DNA from: Mustelus asterias
Taxonomy: Eukaryota
Assembly (NCBI RefSeq): GCF_964213995.1
Contig: NC_135823.1
Coordinates: forward strand, 26,474,001 to 26,538,000
Length of the DNA: 64,000 nt
Reading direction: 5' to 3'
Below the pieces are notes generated by a model that was given only the letters and a program-made list of their open reading frames with translations, was not told where the DNA came from and searched no databases. Position 1 is the stretch's first letter. Each line of letters begins with the position of its first letter. Both the position numbers and the translations under genes were made by a program. Of the stretch, positions 11,766-23,292 are shown piece by piece.

Positions 11766-13804
11766 TAACAAGGAATAAGAGGAATGGTGCACCAACTGCC
11801 TAAAAGTGCTGGGAAGATAAGACTGCTACTAAAATAAATGTATTAATAACATCTGTGATAAAAGGATTGGCACAGAAGATAAGTTTGCAAAGTTTTCCAT
11901 AGCTGTTCAAAATTACACTGGGGTATGTCATTTTATATCAGTTATTGCACTAGCTCAAAACTGTTTTGCACCAATTATGGGCATCCACAAAAGTTTTTTT
12001 ATGGGGACAGAGTGGGTGAAGATAAGTAACTTAAATTGATTTTATTGGTCCTGGTGCATGAAGTGTCCATTCCGACTAGGTGTCCCATAAATCAAAACAA
12101 TTGTATTTTGTTCTGTATGGTAACAAGCTGAGCCTTTGTTTTTATCACACTACAAGATGTTGTGTACAGAAGTGGAAAAAGTAAGAACTCAGCCAAAGTA
12201 GATTTGTCCAAAAAAATGTAAGAGTATTGCAGCCAACAACTGCTCTGAACCAGATAACAGGTAATAAGGAATGAGTCACACTTCAAAGCGCAGAAGTTTT
12301 CTTAAAGCCCTCGGTAAATGAAGCAAAATTGACGTGCATAATGTAAAGAACACTTTACTTTTAAAAAGTGCTCTGAAAATTTAAAGCTGATCAAAGCCTG
12401 GAGGTCACTGCTGTTTGTAAGTATTTAAGTGACAATAAGTAGCTCCCAATATTATAATGCTGTCTACAAAACATAGTCTGGATAAACAGGAATTAAAAGG
12501 GAAGGAAGGGTTGATTCTGAGAGATATGCAGGTTGGAAAATCAAGCATTCAATAGATTTGCAACTCCGCTTTCTCATGAGCAATCAAGAGGTATAACTGA
12601 AGCCTCTCAAATATGTAAGTAACTTGCTTAAAAATCAAATTTCAAATCTCCAGGTAAGGCTCCAATCAAAGTACACATGTCCATTCTATAAAATGGCTCC
12701 ATGAAAAGCCCTGTTGTATAGGTTCACAAAGGTTGAAGGATGCTTTTTTGCTTCAATTTTCCCACTTGTAAATCCTTCCTGTATTTTGTTCCATGCACAT
12801 CAGCTGGCTTTATTGGTAGCCTACCAGTTTGGGTTATTTCCTGGCTCGTCTTTCCGTCCATTATTCCCAATTGCTGTTACATTTACGGCGTGACTCTACA
12901 AAGTTAATCTCTCAGTGGGGTAAGCACGTTTGTAGAAAATGTGGATCTGTGATAGGGTTACAACATTGTGGCTGCACTGTTGTCTTCACAAAGTATAGCA
13001 AGTGGAATTTGAAGAGGGGCACAAGATTGGTGGGAGGGGGTGAAATCCTACCTTGGAGTAGTAGCATTTCCAACTCTATGGGGTAAAGTGAAAGAGCACA
13101 TCACCACTATGAACAATCCTCTGCTTTTAACACCTTTAGTTCCGTGAGTTGCAACCTTTGCTGAGATTTCTAGCCAAGTGTGGTCAACCACTCTGGGAAA
13201 GTTTCACGTGTGCCAGCACCCTATTGGAAGTAGGGACAATGATTTTTTTAAATCATAAAATATGGTGAAAGCCTTTGAAAGATTTTTGGGTCAGATATTC
13301 CTATGCCGTGTGTTAGCATTGTCCTATTTTTTGCCATGGTCATAAAATTAGGTCTGAAAAGTCTCCTTCTCCATTTCTATTGAAGAAAACAATACTGCCA
13401 CATTAACGTCATTTTTCATTTGAAATTTTAAGAAGAGCACAAAGTTGACTTTCCGCTGTATTGCACCATGCAGGACAAGTTGATTGCAGTGAACTTTCTT
13501 TGGAATTAGTGACAGGCTCCCAATGCAAATGACAGGGTGCATAATGTTGAATTGTAAAGAAATGGGGTTATGATATATGGAATATATACAAGAAATTAAT
13601 TTAAAAATTACTTTTCAGTAAAACCTACAGCAAGATGCATTTTCTATGAACAAAAGCTGACCAAGCATATACATGGTCAATTCCCTTCACATCAATGTGA
13701 CATTGCTGATAAGAATTACAAACATTTAGAAGCCACTATCCTAAGGGTCCTTACAATGGTAACTCATGCTCAAGTACAATGCTAGCTTAGATAAGTAAAA
13801 TCAT

Positions 13805-14270
13805 CATAAGATAAGACCATGAGATTTAAATATAGGAGCATTTAGGCCAATTGGCCCATCGAGTCTGTTCTGCCATTCGATCATGGCTGATAGGTTTCTC
13901 AACTCCATTCTCCCACCTTTTTCCTGTAACCTTTAATCACATCACCAGTCTAGAACCTATCTATCTCCTGTCTTAAATTCACTCAATCACCTGTGCCTCA
14001 CAGCCTTTGTGTAATGAATTCCATAGATTCACCCCCTCTGGCTGAAGAAATTCCTCCTCATCTCAGTCCCTTTACTCTGAGGCTGTGCCCTTGGATCCTA
14101 GTCTTTTCTACTAACAGAAAAAATCGATCCAGGCCTTTCAATATTCTGAAAGTTTCAATGAAATCCCTCTCATCCTTCCAAACTTCATCAAGTACAGATC
14201 GAGAGTCCTCAAAACACTCCTCATACGCCAAGCTTTTCATTTCCAGAATCATTCTGGTAAACCTCTTAGA
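13805..14270 (-). mobile_element. CR1 LINE 3' fragment
   Basis: MKSLAYEE...DFIETFRILKGLDR...TRIQGHSLRVKG and a (TCTTATG)-like tail. Confidence 0.8.
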
Positions 14271-14599
14271 ATCCCTGCAGTGCAGAATGAAGTCACTCAG
14301 CCTATCGGGTCTGCACTGAATCTTACCCAGGCCTTATCCCTGTAACCCTATCCCCGTAACCACACGTCTTTTACCCCACTCCTCCTAACCTATATGTATC
14401 TTAGGACACTAATGGGTAATTTAGTATGGCCAATCCACCTAATCTGCACATCCTTGGACTGCGGGAGGAAACTGAGCACCTGGAGGAAACCCACGCAGAC
14501 ACAGAGAGATGGTGCAAACTCCACACAGTCACCTAAGGCCGGAATTGAACCCAGGTTCCTTGCGCTGTGAGGCAATAGTGCTAACCACTGTGCCACCAT
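14267..14599 (-). mobile_element. HE1-type V-SINE
   Basis: tRNA head, V-domain and CR1-like tail on the minus strand. Confidence 0.85.
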
Positions 14600-16073
14600 A
14601 AACTCCTTCCAGGTCCAAATTATGTTGCTCCTCCTTTCACGAAAATTCCCATGCGCTTGCTCCTAAGAAGAGCTCATTGTAAGTGAGAAGAGAGGCTGAA
14701 AATAACTTCAGGATTCTCACAACATCAGAAGGAAATCCAGGTCTGTGTCAGTAGCATGCCAAAAAGCTTGCTGCAAATAATCATTCTGAGCTGCGGAAAT
14801 CACAAGTGAAACTCTTCATATCCTTTAGGCTCAACACCTTATTTCCACTTGTCTGCCAATCGTACCTCAGGCCCCAGGTGCTTTGTGAGTGCAAAAACGA
14901 GAAACACACAGTTGCAGTGCTACTGGTCCTTCTTATAATATATGTATTTGAAACTACTCAGGACTTGGGCCCATTATGTGATCTGCCTGCCAAGTGGCAG
15001 AGACTTCAGAAGGATTTGATTTTGGAATGAAGAATTGACATAAACTGCTTCCGCCCTATTTGGTGCCAAAATGTTCAACACCTCTAACTGTATGCTTCAA
15101 TTTTGCTGAAGAGAACATGGAATTTCTGAACCAAGATTTTAAAGCACTCTCCATGACAGGATTGTTGCTTATCTTTGCAGTCGATTCACTGTTAGTTAAG
15201 ACTTGTCTTGATATTTGACAAGTAGAAGGTCTTTCAGCAGGAAAGAAACTTGCGCTGTGACAAAAAATAGTTGGAGTCAGAGTTATGGCACAGGAGGCGG
15301 CCACTAGCTCATCAAATTCATGCCGGACTGGGGATGGAAAACTAAAACCAAAAAATAGAAAGGTCACAGGCCTGAAACATCAACTGGGTTTTTCTCTCCA
15401 CAGGTGCTGCCTGACCTGCTGAGTGTTTCCAGTTTAATTTTCAGTATCCACAGTCAAAAAGCAAATGCATTTGATCTTTGGTGCCGAGAGAAAATGGTAG
15501 AAATATACATCAAAGGAAAGAAAATAAAACCCAAAACATGCTACCGAATAGGGGTTTATAAGATGATGGGAGGTTTTCATAGAATAGATATAAGAAAGCT
15601 ATTTAATCTGGTGAATGGGTCAATAACAAGAGGTCATGCATTGAAAAAGCATTGACAAGATAACAGGAGGGGATTTGAGCAGAATTTCTTTCATTCCAAA
15701 CTGCTGGGGTTCAGACATCACAATTTTAGCACACCCCTACCACCTCCCACTTTCTACCCAACCCAATTTTTTCATGTCATTTGACATCATCTACTTTCAA
15801 CGGCTTTTATTTGACATCAACTGCACTCGATTGCAATTATTTTGTCATCAACTGATATCGCTTGCACTCATAAGCAATTATCTGGCTGTCATTCTATTTT
15901 ATTTTCATTCAGAACTATACTTGCGATGTCAAACAATCGTTATCAACTGACATCATTGTCTTCAATTGCTGTCTTGCAATGATCACAACAAAATGTGACA
16001 ATATATACAGTCAGGGTCCAGCACAGGAACAAGGCGAGGCAGGGTCCATTGCAGGACCAAAAATGAGGTTCAG

Positions 16074-16400
16074 CTAGAGCCAGGTCGGGGGGGGGGGGGG
16101 GGGGGGGGGGGCCGGCCCAGAGCCAGGTCGGGGGGGGCCCGGCCCAGAGCCAGGTCGGGGGGCCCCGGCCCAGAGCCAGGTCGGGGGGGGCCCGGCCCAG
16201 AGCCAGGTCGGGGGGGGGCCCGGCCCAGAGCCAGGTCGGGGGGGGGCCCGGCCCAGAGCCAGGTCGGGGGGGGCCCGGCCCAGAGCCAGGTCGGGGGGGG
16301 GGGGGCCAGAGCCAGGTCGGGGGGCCCGGCCCAGAGCCAGGTCGGGGGGGTCCAGTCCAGAGTGGAATCGGGGTCTAGCCCAGGAGTGTGGAGGTGAGGC
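16074..16400. repeat. GC-rich minisatellite, about 10 units of GGCCCAGAGCCAGGTCG(G)nCCC with variable G-runs
   Basis: Directly visible tandem units of about 26-30 bp. A degenerate purine-rich repeat (GAATGTGAAGGCTGGAGGGAG-like) follows to about 16900. Confidence 0.9.
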
Positions 16401-16920
16401 CCTAAAGCCTGGAGGGAGGGAGCAAACTGCTAGCGGGAGGGAGGGGATAGGGGGACAGGCTGGGTGACAGGAGGAAGAAGCGAGAGGGAAAGAGAGGCTG
16501 GGAGGAGGGAAAGGCTGCAAGCCAAGAGGAAGAGTCTGAGCAAGGGAAAGGCTGGAGGGGGGTGTCAATTGGAGATTGGGAGGGAAGGACCGGGGTTGGG
16601 GGAGGGGGGGGGGGAGGAGGTGGTGAAGAGAATGTGAATGCTAGAGGGAGCTAGGGGGGTGGAGGTGGAATGTATAGGCTAGAGGAAGCAAGGGGGAGTG
16701 TGTTGAGGCTGGAATGATCAAGGGGCAAGTGTGGAGACTAGAGGGAAGGAGGGGGAGAATGTGGAGGTTGGCGGAAGCGAGGGGGAAAATGTGAAGGCTG
16801 GAGGGAGTGAGGGGGAAATGTGAAGGCTGGAGGGAGTGGGGCAGACGTGTGGAGGGTAGAGTCAGTAAGTAGTGTGGGGTGGGGGGAGAATTGTGACCTG
16901 GCAACTTGGGGAGTAGGTGA

Positions 16921-18285
16921 GTGGAAAATAAATTTAAGAAGGGTAGCAAGGATAATCCAGATAATTACTGGCCGATGAGCGTTACATCAGTAGCAGCGAA
17001 ATTATTGGAGAGGATTCTTCGAGTCAGAATTTATTCCCACTTGGAAATAAGTGGACATATTAGCAAAAGGCAACATGGTTTTGTGAAGGGGAGGTCGTGT
17101 CTCACGAACTTGATAGAATTTTTCGAGGAAGTGACAAAGATGATTGATGAGGGTAGGGCAGTGGATGTCGTCTACATAGACTTCAGTAATGCCTTTGACA
17201 AGCTCCCTCATGGCAGACTGGTGCAGAAGGTGAAGTTCAATGGGATCAGAGATGAGCTGGCAAGAGGGATACAGAACTGGCTTGGTCATAGAAGACAGAG
17301 GGTAGCAGTGGAAGGAGTTTTTGAATGGAGGGCTGTGACTAGTGGCGTTCCTCAGGGATCAGTGCTGGGAGCTTTGCTGTTTATAATATACATAAATGAT
17401 TTGAAGAAAACGTAACTGATTTGATTAGTAAGTTTGCGGACAACACAAAGGTTGGTGGAATTGCGGATAGCGATGAGGACCGTCAGAGGATACAACAGGA
17501 TATAGATCAGTTGCAGACTTGGGCGGAGAAATGGCAGATGGAGTTTAATCCGTTCGAATGTGAGGTAATGCATTTTGGAAAGTCTAATGCAGATAGGAAA
17601 TCTACAGCAACTGTCAGAACCCTTAAGAGTATTGATAGGCAGAGGGATCTAGGTCACAAAGTGGCAACGCAGGTGGAGAAGGTAGTCAAGAAGGCATACG
17701 GCATGCTTGCCTTCATCGGCCAGGGCACTGAATTTAAAAATTGGCGAGTCATGTTGTAGGTTTATAGAACCTTAGTTAGGCCGCACTTTGAATATAGTGT
17801 TCAATTCTGGTCGCCACACTACCAGAAGGATGTGGAGGCTTTGGAGAGGGTACAGAAAAGATTTACCAGGATGCTGCATTAGCTATGAGGAGAGGTTGGA
17901 GAAACTTGGTTTATTCTCTCTGGAACGATGGAGGTTGAGGGGCGACCTGCTAGAAGTCTACAAGATTATGAGGGGCATGGACAGAGTGCATGTTCAGAAG
18001 CTTTTTCCCAGGGTGGAAGAGTCAGTTACTAGATGTTGTACGAAACAAGTTTTTTTTTTACACAGAAGATAGTGCATGCCTGGAACTCGCTGTTGGGGGA
18101 GTAGTGGAAGCAGATATGATAGTGACTTTTAAGGGGTGTCTTGACAAAAGAATAGGATGGGAATAAAGGGATATGGCCTCTGGAAGGGTAGGAGATTTTA
18201 GTTCAGAAGGACAGCATGGTGGGAGCAGGCTTGGAGGGGGGAAGGGCCTGTTCCTGTTCTGGAATTCTCTTTGTCCTTTGTTCTA
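16921..18285 (+). mobile_element. 5'-truncated, decayed CR1 LINE (RT domain to tail)
   Basis: QHGFVKGRSCLTNLIEFFEEVT, DFSNAFDKLPH, SGVPQGSVLG and SKFADNTK, with stops and frameshifts and a (CTTTGT)n tail. Confidence 0.92.
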
Positions 18286-18544
18286 TAGACCCTGAGACTA
18301 AAAAGAAGAACTGATGGGGATCAGATTGTGCTTTTATGTATGTATTTTATTGTGGGACAACTTCTTTAGACTAAATGAAAAACTGAATAAATCAGATATT
18401 CTTTGAGTTGGTGATATCCTTGAATTTTTCAATGCAGATTGCTGAGCGTATTTGATTGCTTTGAGCATGCTACCAAATTTGATATCGAATTCATTCCAAG
18501 TCAGAACGATTAATGTCAAGTTGTAATCAAGAACATTGAGCACA

Positions 18545-19030
18545 CGTCAAAAAATGTCAAACTTTTCATGACATGAGGTCAGCTAAAATTCTGTTTCCCA
18601 TGTCTTAACTCACACCAAGTTCTGTTCACCCTTCGATCCTGTGCACCATGGTTTACACTGGTTCCCCAGCCAAGCAGCAGCTCAAGTTAAAAGTTCTCAT
18701 CTTCACAAATCCCTCAATGACCTTGCCCCTCTGTATTTCTGCAATCTCCACGAGCCCTGGAACCCTGCGAGTTATTCCCACTCATTTAAGCATTCCTAAT
18801 TTTAATTGCTCCACCATTTACGACCATGTCTTCAGAAGCCCAGACCCTAAAGCTCTGGAGTTCCTCCCTGCAACTCTATGCCTCTCATATTTGCTTTCCC
18901 CCTCTAAGACACATTCCTCAAAACCTATTTCTTTGACCAAACTTCTGCCCACCTGGCCTAATATGGTTTGTGTCATTTTTTTCATTTATAAGGCTCCTGT
19001 GATGTGTCATAGGACATTTAACATCAAAGC
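18545..19030 (+). mobile_element. Degraded L2-like LINE 3' region
   Basis: HPS.LC..LHWFP...LKLKVLIF...ALE.LP pattern typical of the L2 ORF2 C-terminus. Confidence 0.5.
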
Positions 19031-19794
19031 TGATCTTGATTCAGCGATGGCAATGGTGTTGAATGTTAAAGGGAAGTGATTGGATTCTCTTGAGATAGCT
19101 GTTGCCTGGTGCAAATATTACTTGCTACTTATTAACTCAGGCCTGAATCCTGTCCAGGTCTTGCTGCATGTGGGCATGGACCATTTCATTAACTTTGAAG
19201 TCACGACTGGAATTGAACAGTGCAATCAGCAGCAAACACCCTCATGTCTGACCTTATGATAAAGGGAAGGACATTTACCATAAGCCTTCAGCCATTCAAA
19301 TAGGTGGTTTACCACCACCATCAATGGCAATGAGGGATAAGCAATAAATGTTGGCCTTGCCAGTGACACCCACATTCCATGAATGAATATTTAAAAAAAC
19401 TAAAGGTGATACCATATTTAATTTAATGTATTCCTGCACAATAAATCCAGCCACATTCATGACAGAGTAAGGTCAGAAAATTGTGAAATGTACTTCTCTG
19501 AGCTAAATGATCCCCTCAGACTGCTGATCAAATTTCTCAATCATTTTTAAAGGTTTAATCTTGAAACATTTTACAGATTTTAAAGAATTAAAGCATAGTG
19601 GTTTGGTTTGACATAAATCAATTTGTATCACCTTTAAGGTACTGTATCCCATTTCTTGGACCTTTACAAAATTTTAAAGCATGTTGAAAATTCTGGAACT
19701 TTTGGAACAGATTTTGGATCACTCAATTAAATTGGATTAAAAGTTGCTCGGAGCTGCATGCAGGATGCATTGCACAAAGGTCCAACAGTACAAA

Positions 19795-20182
19795 ACTTAT
19801 AGAAACATATAAGATTATGAAGGGAATAGATAAGACAGAAGCAGGGAAGTTGCTTCCACTGGCGGGTGAAACTAGAACCAGGGGGCATGGCCTCAAAATA
19901 AGGGGGAGCAGATTTAGGACTGAGTTGAGGAGGAACTTCTTCACACAAAGGGTTGTGAATCTGAGGAATTCCCTGCCCAGTGAAGCAGTTGAGGCTACCT
20001 CATTGAATGTTTTTAAGGCAAGGATAGCTAATTTTTTGAACAAAAAAGAAATTAAGGGCTATGGTGAGCGGGCGGGTAAGTGGAGCTGAGTCCACGAAAA
20101 GATTAGCTATGATCTTATTGAATGGCGGAGCAGACTCGAGGGGCCAGATGACCTACTCCTGCTCCTAGTTCTTATGTTCTCA
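19795..20182 (+). mobile_element. CR1 LINE 3' fragment
   Basis: MKGIDK...TRTRGHGLKIRG..FRTELRRNFFTQRVVN..NSLP followed by the 3' UTR. Confidence 0.88.
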
Positions 20183-20425
20183 TTAAAATCAGAATTTCAA
20201 AAAAAAACAGGCATTCGTGTAGCATCTTTCACAAAGTCAGGACAGACCAAAATGCTGTCAAACCAATTAAGTACTTTTAGAAGTGCAGCCACTACTGTAA
20301 AGTAGCAAACCTGTCAGGGAAGTTGCAATGATGTGGAGATGCCGGCGTTGGACTGGGGTAAACACAGTAAGAAGTTTAACAACACCAGGTTAAAGTCCAA
20401 CAGGTTTATTTGGTAGCAAAAGCCA

Positions 20426-20462
20426 CACAAGCTTTCGAAGCTCTAAGCCCCTTCTTCAGGTG
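20426..20462 (-). ncRNA. Minimal type I hammerhead ribozyme motif, core intact
   Basis: Minus strand reads CAC-CUGAAGA-A-GGGGCU-UAG-AGCUUC-GAAA-GC-UU-GUG. Confidence 0.78.
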
Positions 20463-21085
20463 AGTGGGAATTCTGTTCACAAACAGAGTTTATAAAGACA
20501 CAGACTCAATTTACATGAATAATGGTTGGAATGCGAACACTTACAACTAATCAAGTCTTTAAGAAACAAAACAATGGGAGTGGAGAGAGCATCAAGACAG
20601 GCTAAAAAGATGTGTATTGTCTCCAGACAAGACAGCCAGTGAAACTCTGCAGGTCCACGCAACTGTGGGCGTTACAAATAGTGTGACATGAACCCAATAT
20701 CCCGGTTGAGGCCGTCCGCGTGTGTCACGTCCTCTGATATTCGGGTAAGCGTTCTCCAAGGCGGCCTTCGCGACACACGACAGCGCAGAGTCGCTGAGCA
20801 GAAACTGATAGCCAAGTTCCGCACACACGCGGACGGCCTCAACCGGGATATTGGGTTCATGTCACACTATTTGTAACGCCCACAGTTGCGTGGACCTGCA
20901 GAGTTTCACTGGCTGTCTTGTCTGGAGACAATACACATCTTTTTAGCCTGTCTTGATGCTCTCTCCACTCCTATTGTTTTGTTTCTTAAAGACTTGATTA
21001 GTTGTAAGTATTCGCATTCCAACCATTATTCATGTAAATTGAGTCTGTGTCTTTATAAACTCTGTTTGTGAACAGAATTCCCACT

Positions 21086-21122
21086 CACCTGAAGAAGGGG
21101 CTTAGAGCTTCGAAAGCTTGTG
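21086..21122 (+). ncRNA. Minimal type I hammerhead ribozyme motif, core intact
   Basis: CAC-CUGAAGA-A-GGGGCU-UAG-AGCUUC-GAAA-GC-UU-GUG. Confidence 0.78.
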
Positions 21123-22684
21123 TGGCTTTTGCTACCAAATAAACCTGTTGGACTTTAACCTGGTGTTGTTAAGCTTCTTACAGGGAAGTTGCATACAGGA
21201 AGATTCTACAAATAGTAATGAAATGATAAAAAATGATCAGATGATCTATTTCAGCAATATCAGTTGAGGGATAAATATTGGCCAGGATGTGGAGAAAATC
21301 CCCTGCTCTTCTATAAAATAATACCATTGAATTTTTACGCTTCCTTAAGGGTCAATGGGACCTCAGTTTAATGTCCCATTTAAAAGCAACAGCATGAAAC
21401 TTCTTTAATACTGTACCGAACTGTCAGCCAGGATCTTGAGTTCATGGCTCTGGAGGGGGCCTGAACCCAAAGCCTTCTTACTCAGGCAAGAAGGCTGCTT
21501 ATCTGTAAGTGAGAGCAGGAAAAATATTTCCACCTAAGTTTGTATCACTTTGGTGTCAAAGAAATCTCACTGGCCTCCATAATGTAGCATTTTGGAGTGG
21601 TAAAGAATGCTTTCTGTTGAAGATGTTTCGTAATATTTGAAAAATGTTACAGGCGGCACAATGTGGAAGATTTGAATGAAGATTAATCTCTCCATCAAGT
21701 TCAGTGGCTGGAATTACTTTTTTCCCCACAAGTACTGAAGAATAACCCAGAATTAATCTTTTATTAATGCTTATCCCAGAGTAATCCTTTAAATTTAATT
21801 CTAATAATCTATCATTTCCAAATAAGCTTGTCTAAGCGTGAGAAGGGTGATAATTACATGAACTCAGAAAATTGCCCACATATGTTTTTTGTCTACTTAA
21901 TGACTATAAAACGACAATTAAGCAAAAAAATAAATTGCCTTAAGATCATATTAAATGTACTTGGTTTCCATTTATTCAACATCATATTTTTTGAAGAGGC
22001 AGCATTTGTATAATTGCCTGCACTTGTCTCAAAATAAAGAGCAAAATAATAAAAATTGCATTCAGTTCTAGACCTTGGCATCATTTGACAACAGGGTGGC
22101 ATTTTGGGGAGCATATTGATGAGGAGAGAAGGTCATAGCCAACAAGAATAGAGTAATCTTGCCACAAAGTGTAATAGCTACACATTACTGGTTCACAGAC
22201 AGCTATCCTTGCTGTAAGGCACCACATCACAAAACAGAACGTCACATTGTCTGCAACAGCGAAAATCTAGATGAGAAAATGATTCAATTGTAAATGTGCA
22301 TGCTGCTATTAAGGTACAATTTTCCTGGATAGTCACTCCTGGCTCTAAACACCAGAAATCACTACTTGTGAAAAACTCCCAACAAACCTCTCCCAACCAT
22401 TCAATTAATGTAGCAAAATTAAGTCTAATTCAATAAATTCCTCAGTGAATTGCGTGCCCGAGATAACAACCTATTGTCCTGAATGCTGACATATTGCATG
22501 GTATGAAATCTAAAGTATTTCCTTGAACATGAATAAAACAAAGCCAGGTAACACTGTGCTTGTTAGAGACGTATTTGTGTGTGTTAGTGTATATGCATGC
22601 GTGTATTTTCATCGCTCAATATTGCTTTGAAGATAATGCACTTCTCGTGCCAGAGTCAGAACACATTGTCTGCATCATAATATG

Positions 22685-22705
22685 GAGATGCCGGCGTTGG
22701 ACTGG
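22685..22705 (-). mobile_element. 21-bp Penelope tail-only insertion
   Basis: GAGATGCCGGCGTTGGACTGG is identical to the tail at 20336-20356 and is flanked by the direct repeat ATAATATG. Confidence 0.75.
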
Positions 22706-22807
22706 ATAATATGCACTGTGTTTAAGTTTAAGAGCTTTAACGTTCACATATACTTACATTATGGCTACCTTTTAGCTAACCCAGCTCTTGAAATTTTCAT
22801 CTCTAAA

Positions 22808-23020
22808 TCTGGTTTCCTCCCACAGTCCAAAGATGTGCGGGTTAGGTTGACTGGCCATGCTAAAATTGCCCCTTAGTGTCCTGAGATGCGTAGGTTAGAG
22901 GGATTCGCGGGTAAAATATGTAGGGATATGGGGGTAGGGCCTGGGTGGGATTGTGGTCGGTGCAGACTCGATGGGCCGAATGGCCTCTTTCTGCACTGTA
23001 GCCTTCTATGATTCTATGAT
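22808..23020 (+). mobile_element. 5'-truncated HE1-type SINE
   Basis: Matches 5727-5930 and has the tail TTCTATGATTCTATGAT. Confidence 0.85.
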
Positions 23021-23292
23021 GATAAATGACATCCTGCCTCATTACATGTATTATTTAGCTGTGTAACCATTGCTTTAAATTGTAAGGGATAAAAATTAAA
23101 CAGTTAATGTCAGCAGTGACAAAAAGTTGTGGGCTCAAGAGGTTTGAGCACCAGGTTTGACACTTCTATGGAGTACTGAGGAAGTGTTGCACTTTCACAG
23201 GTGCTGTCCTTGAGGTGAGACATTAAACCAAGACTGCATCTGTCCTCTCAGGTGGATGTAAAAGATGACCGGGGTGTGTAGTGGCCAATATT

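Larger units (their letters stand above)
20328..21180. mobile_element. Young palindromic Penelope-like insertion with 13-bp TSD
   Basis: TSD CAGGGAAGTTGCA (20315-20327 / 21181-21193). Inverted arms of 359 bp (20367-20725 / 20823-21181) with only a few mismatches. The 97-bp spacer encodes a GIY-YIG C-terminal remnant and the tail is at 20328-20366. Confidence 0.95.
20210..21500 (-). mobile_element. Deu-domain SINE (SacSINE1-like), split by the Penelope palindrome
   Basis: Deu-like core GGCCAATATTTATCCCTCAAC on the minus strand. The tRNA-like head lies near 21490 and the L2-like tail near 20215. Confidence 0.65.

Noticed and set aside
12800-12925. Plus-strand exon-like segment ending GG|gtaagc
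   Set aside because: Antisense to sdk2 with no recognisable product.
16074-16568. 164-aa Pro/Gly-rich ORF and CRISPR-like periodicity
   Set aside because: Translation of a minisatellite. The units differ only in G-run length and have no unique spacers.
20477-21071. Identical peptides on both strands (MNPISRLRPSACV..., MRGPAEFHW...)
   Set aside because: A by-product of the palindrome, not paired genes.
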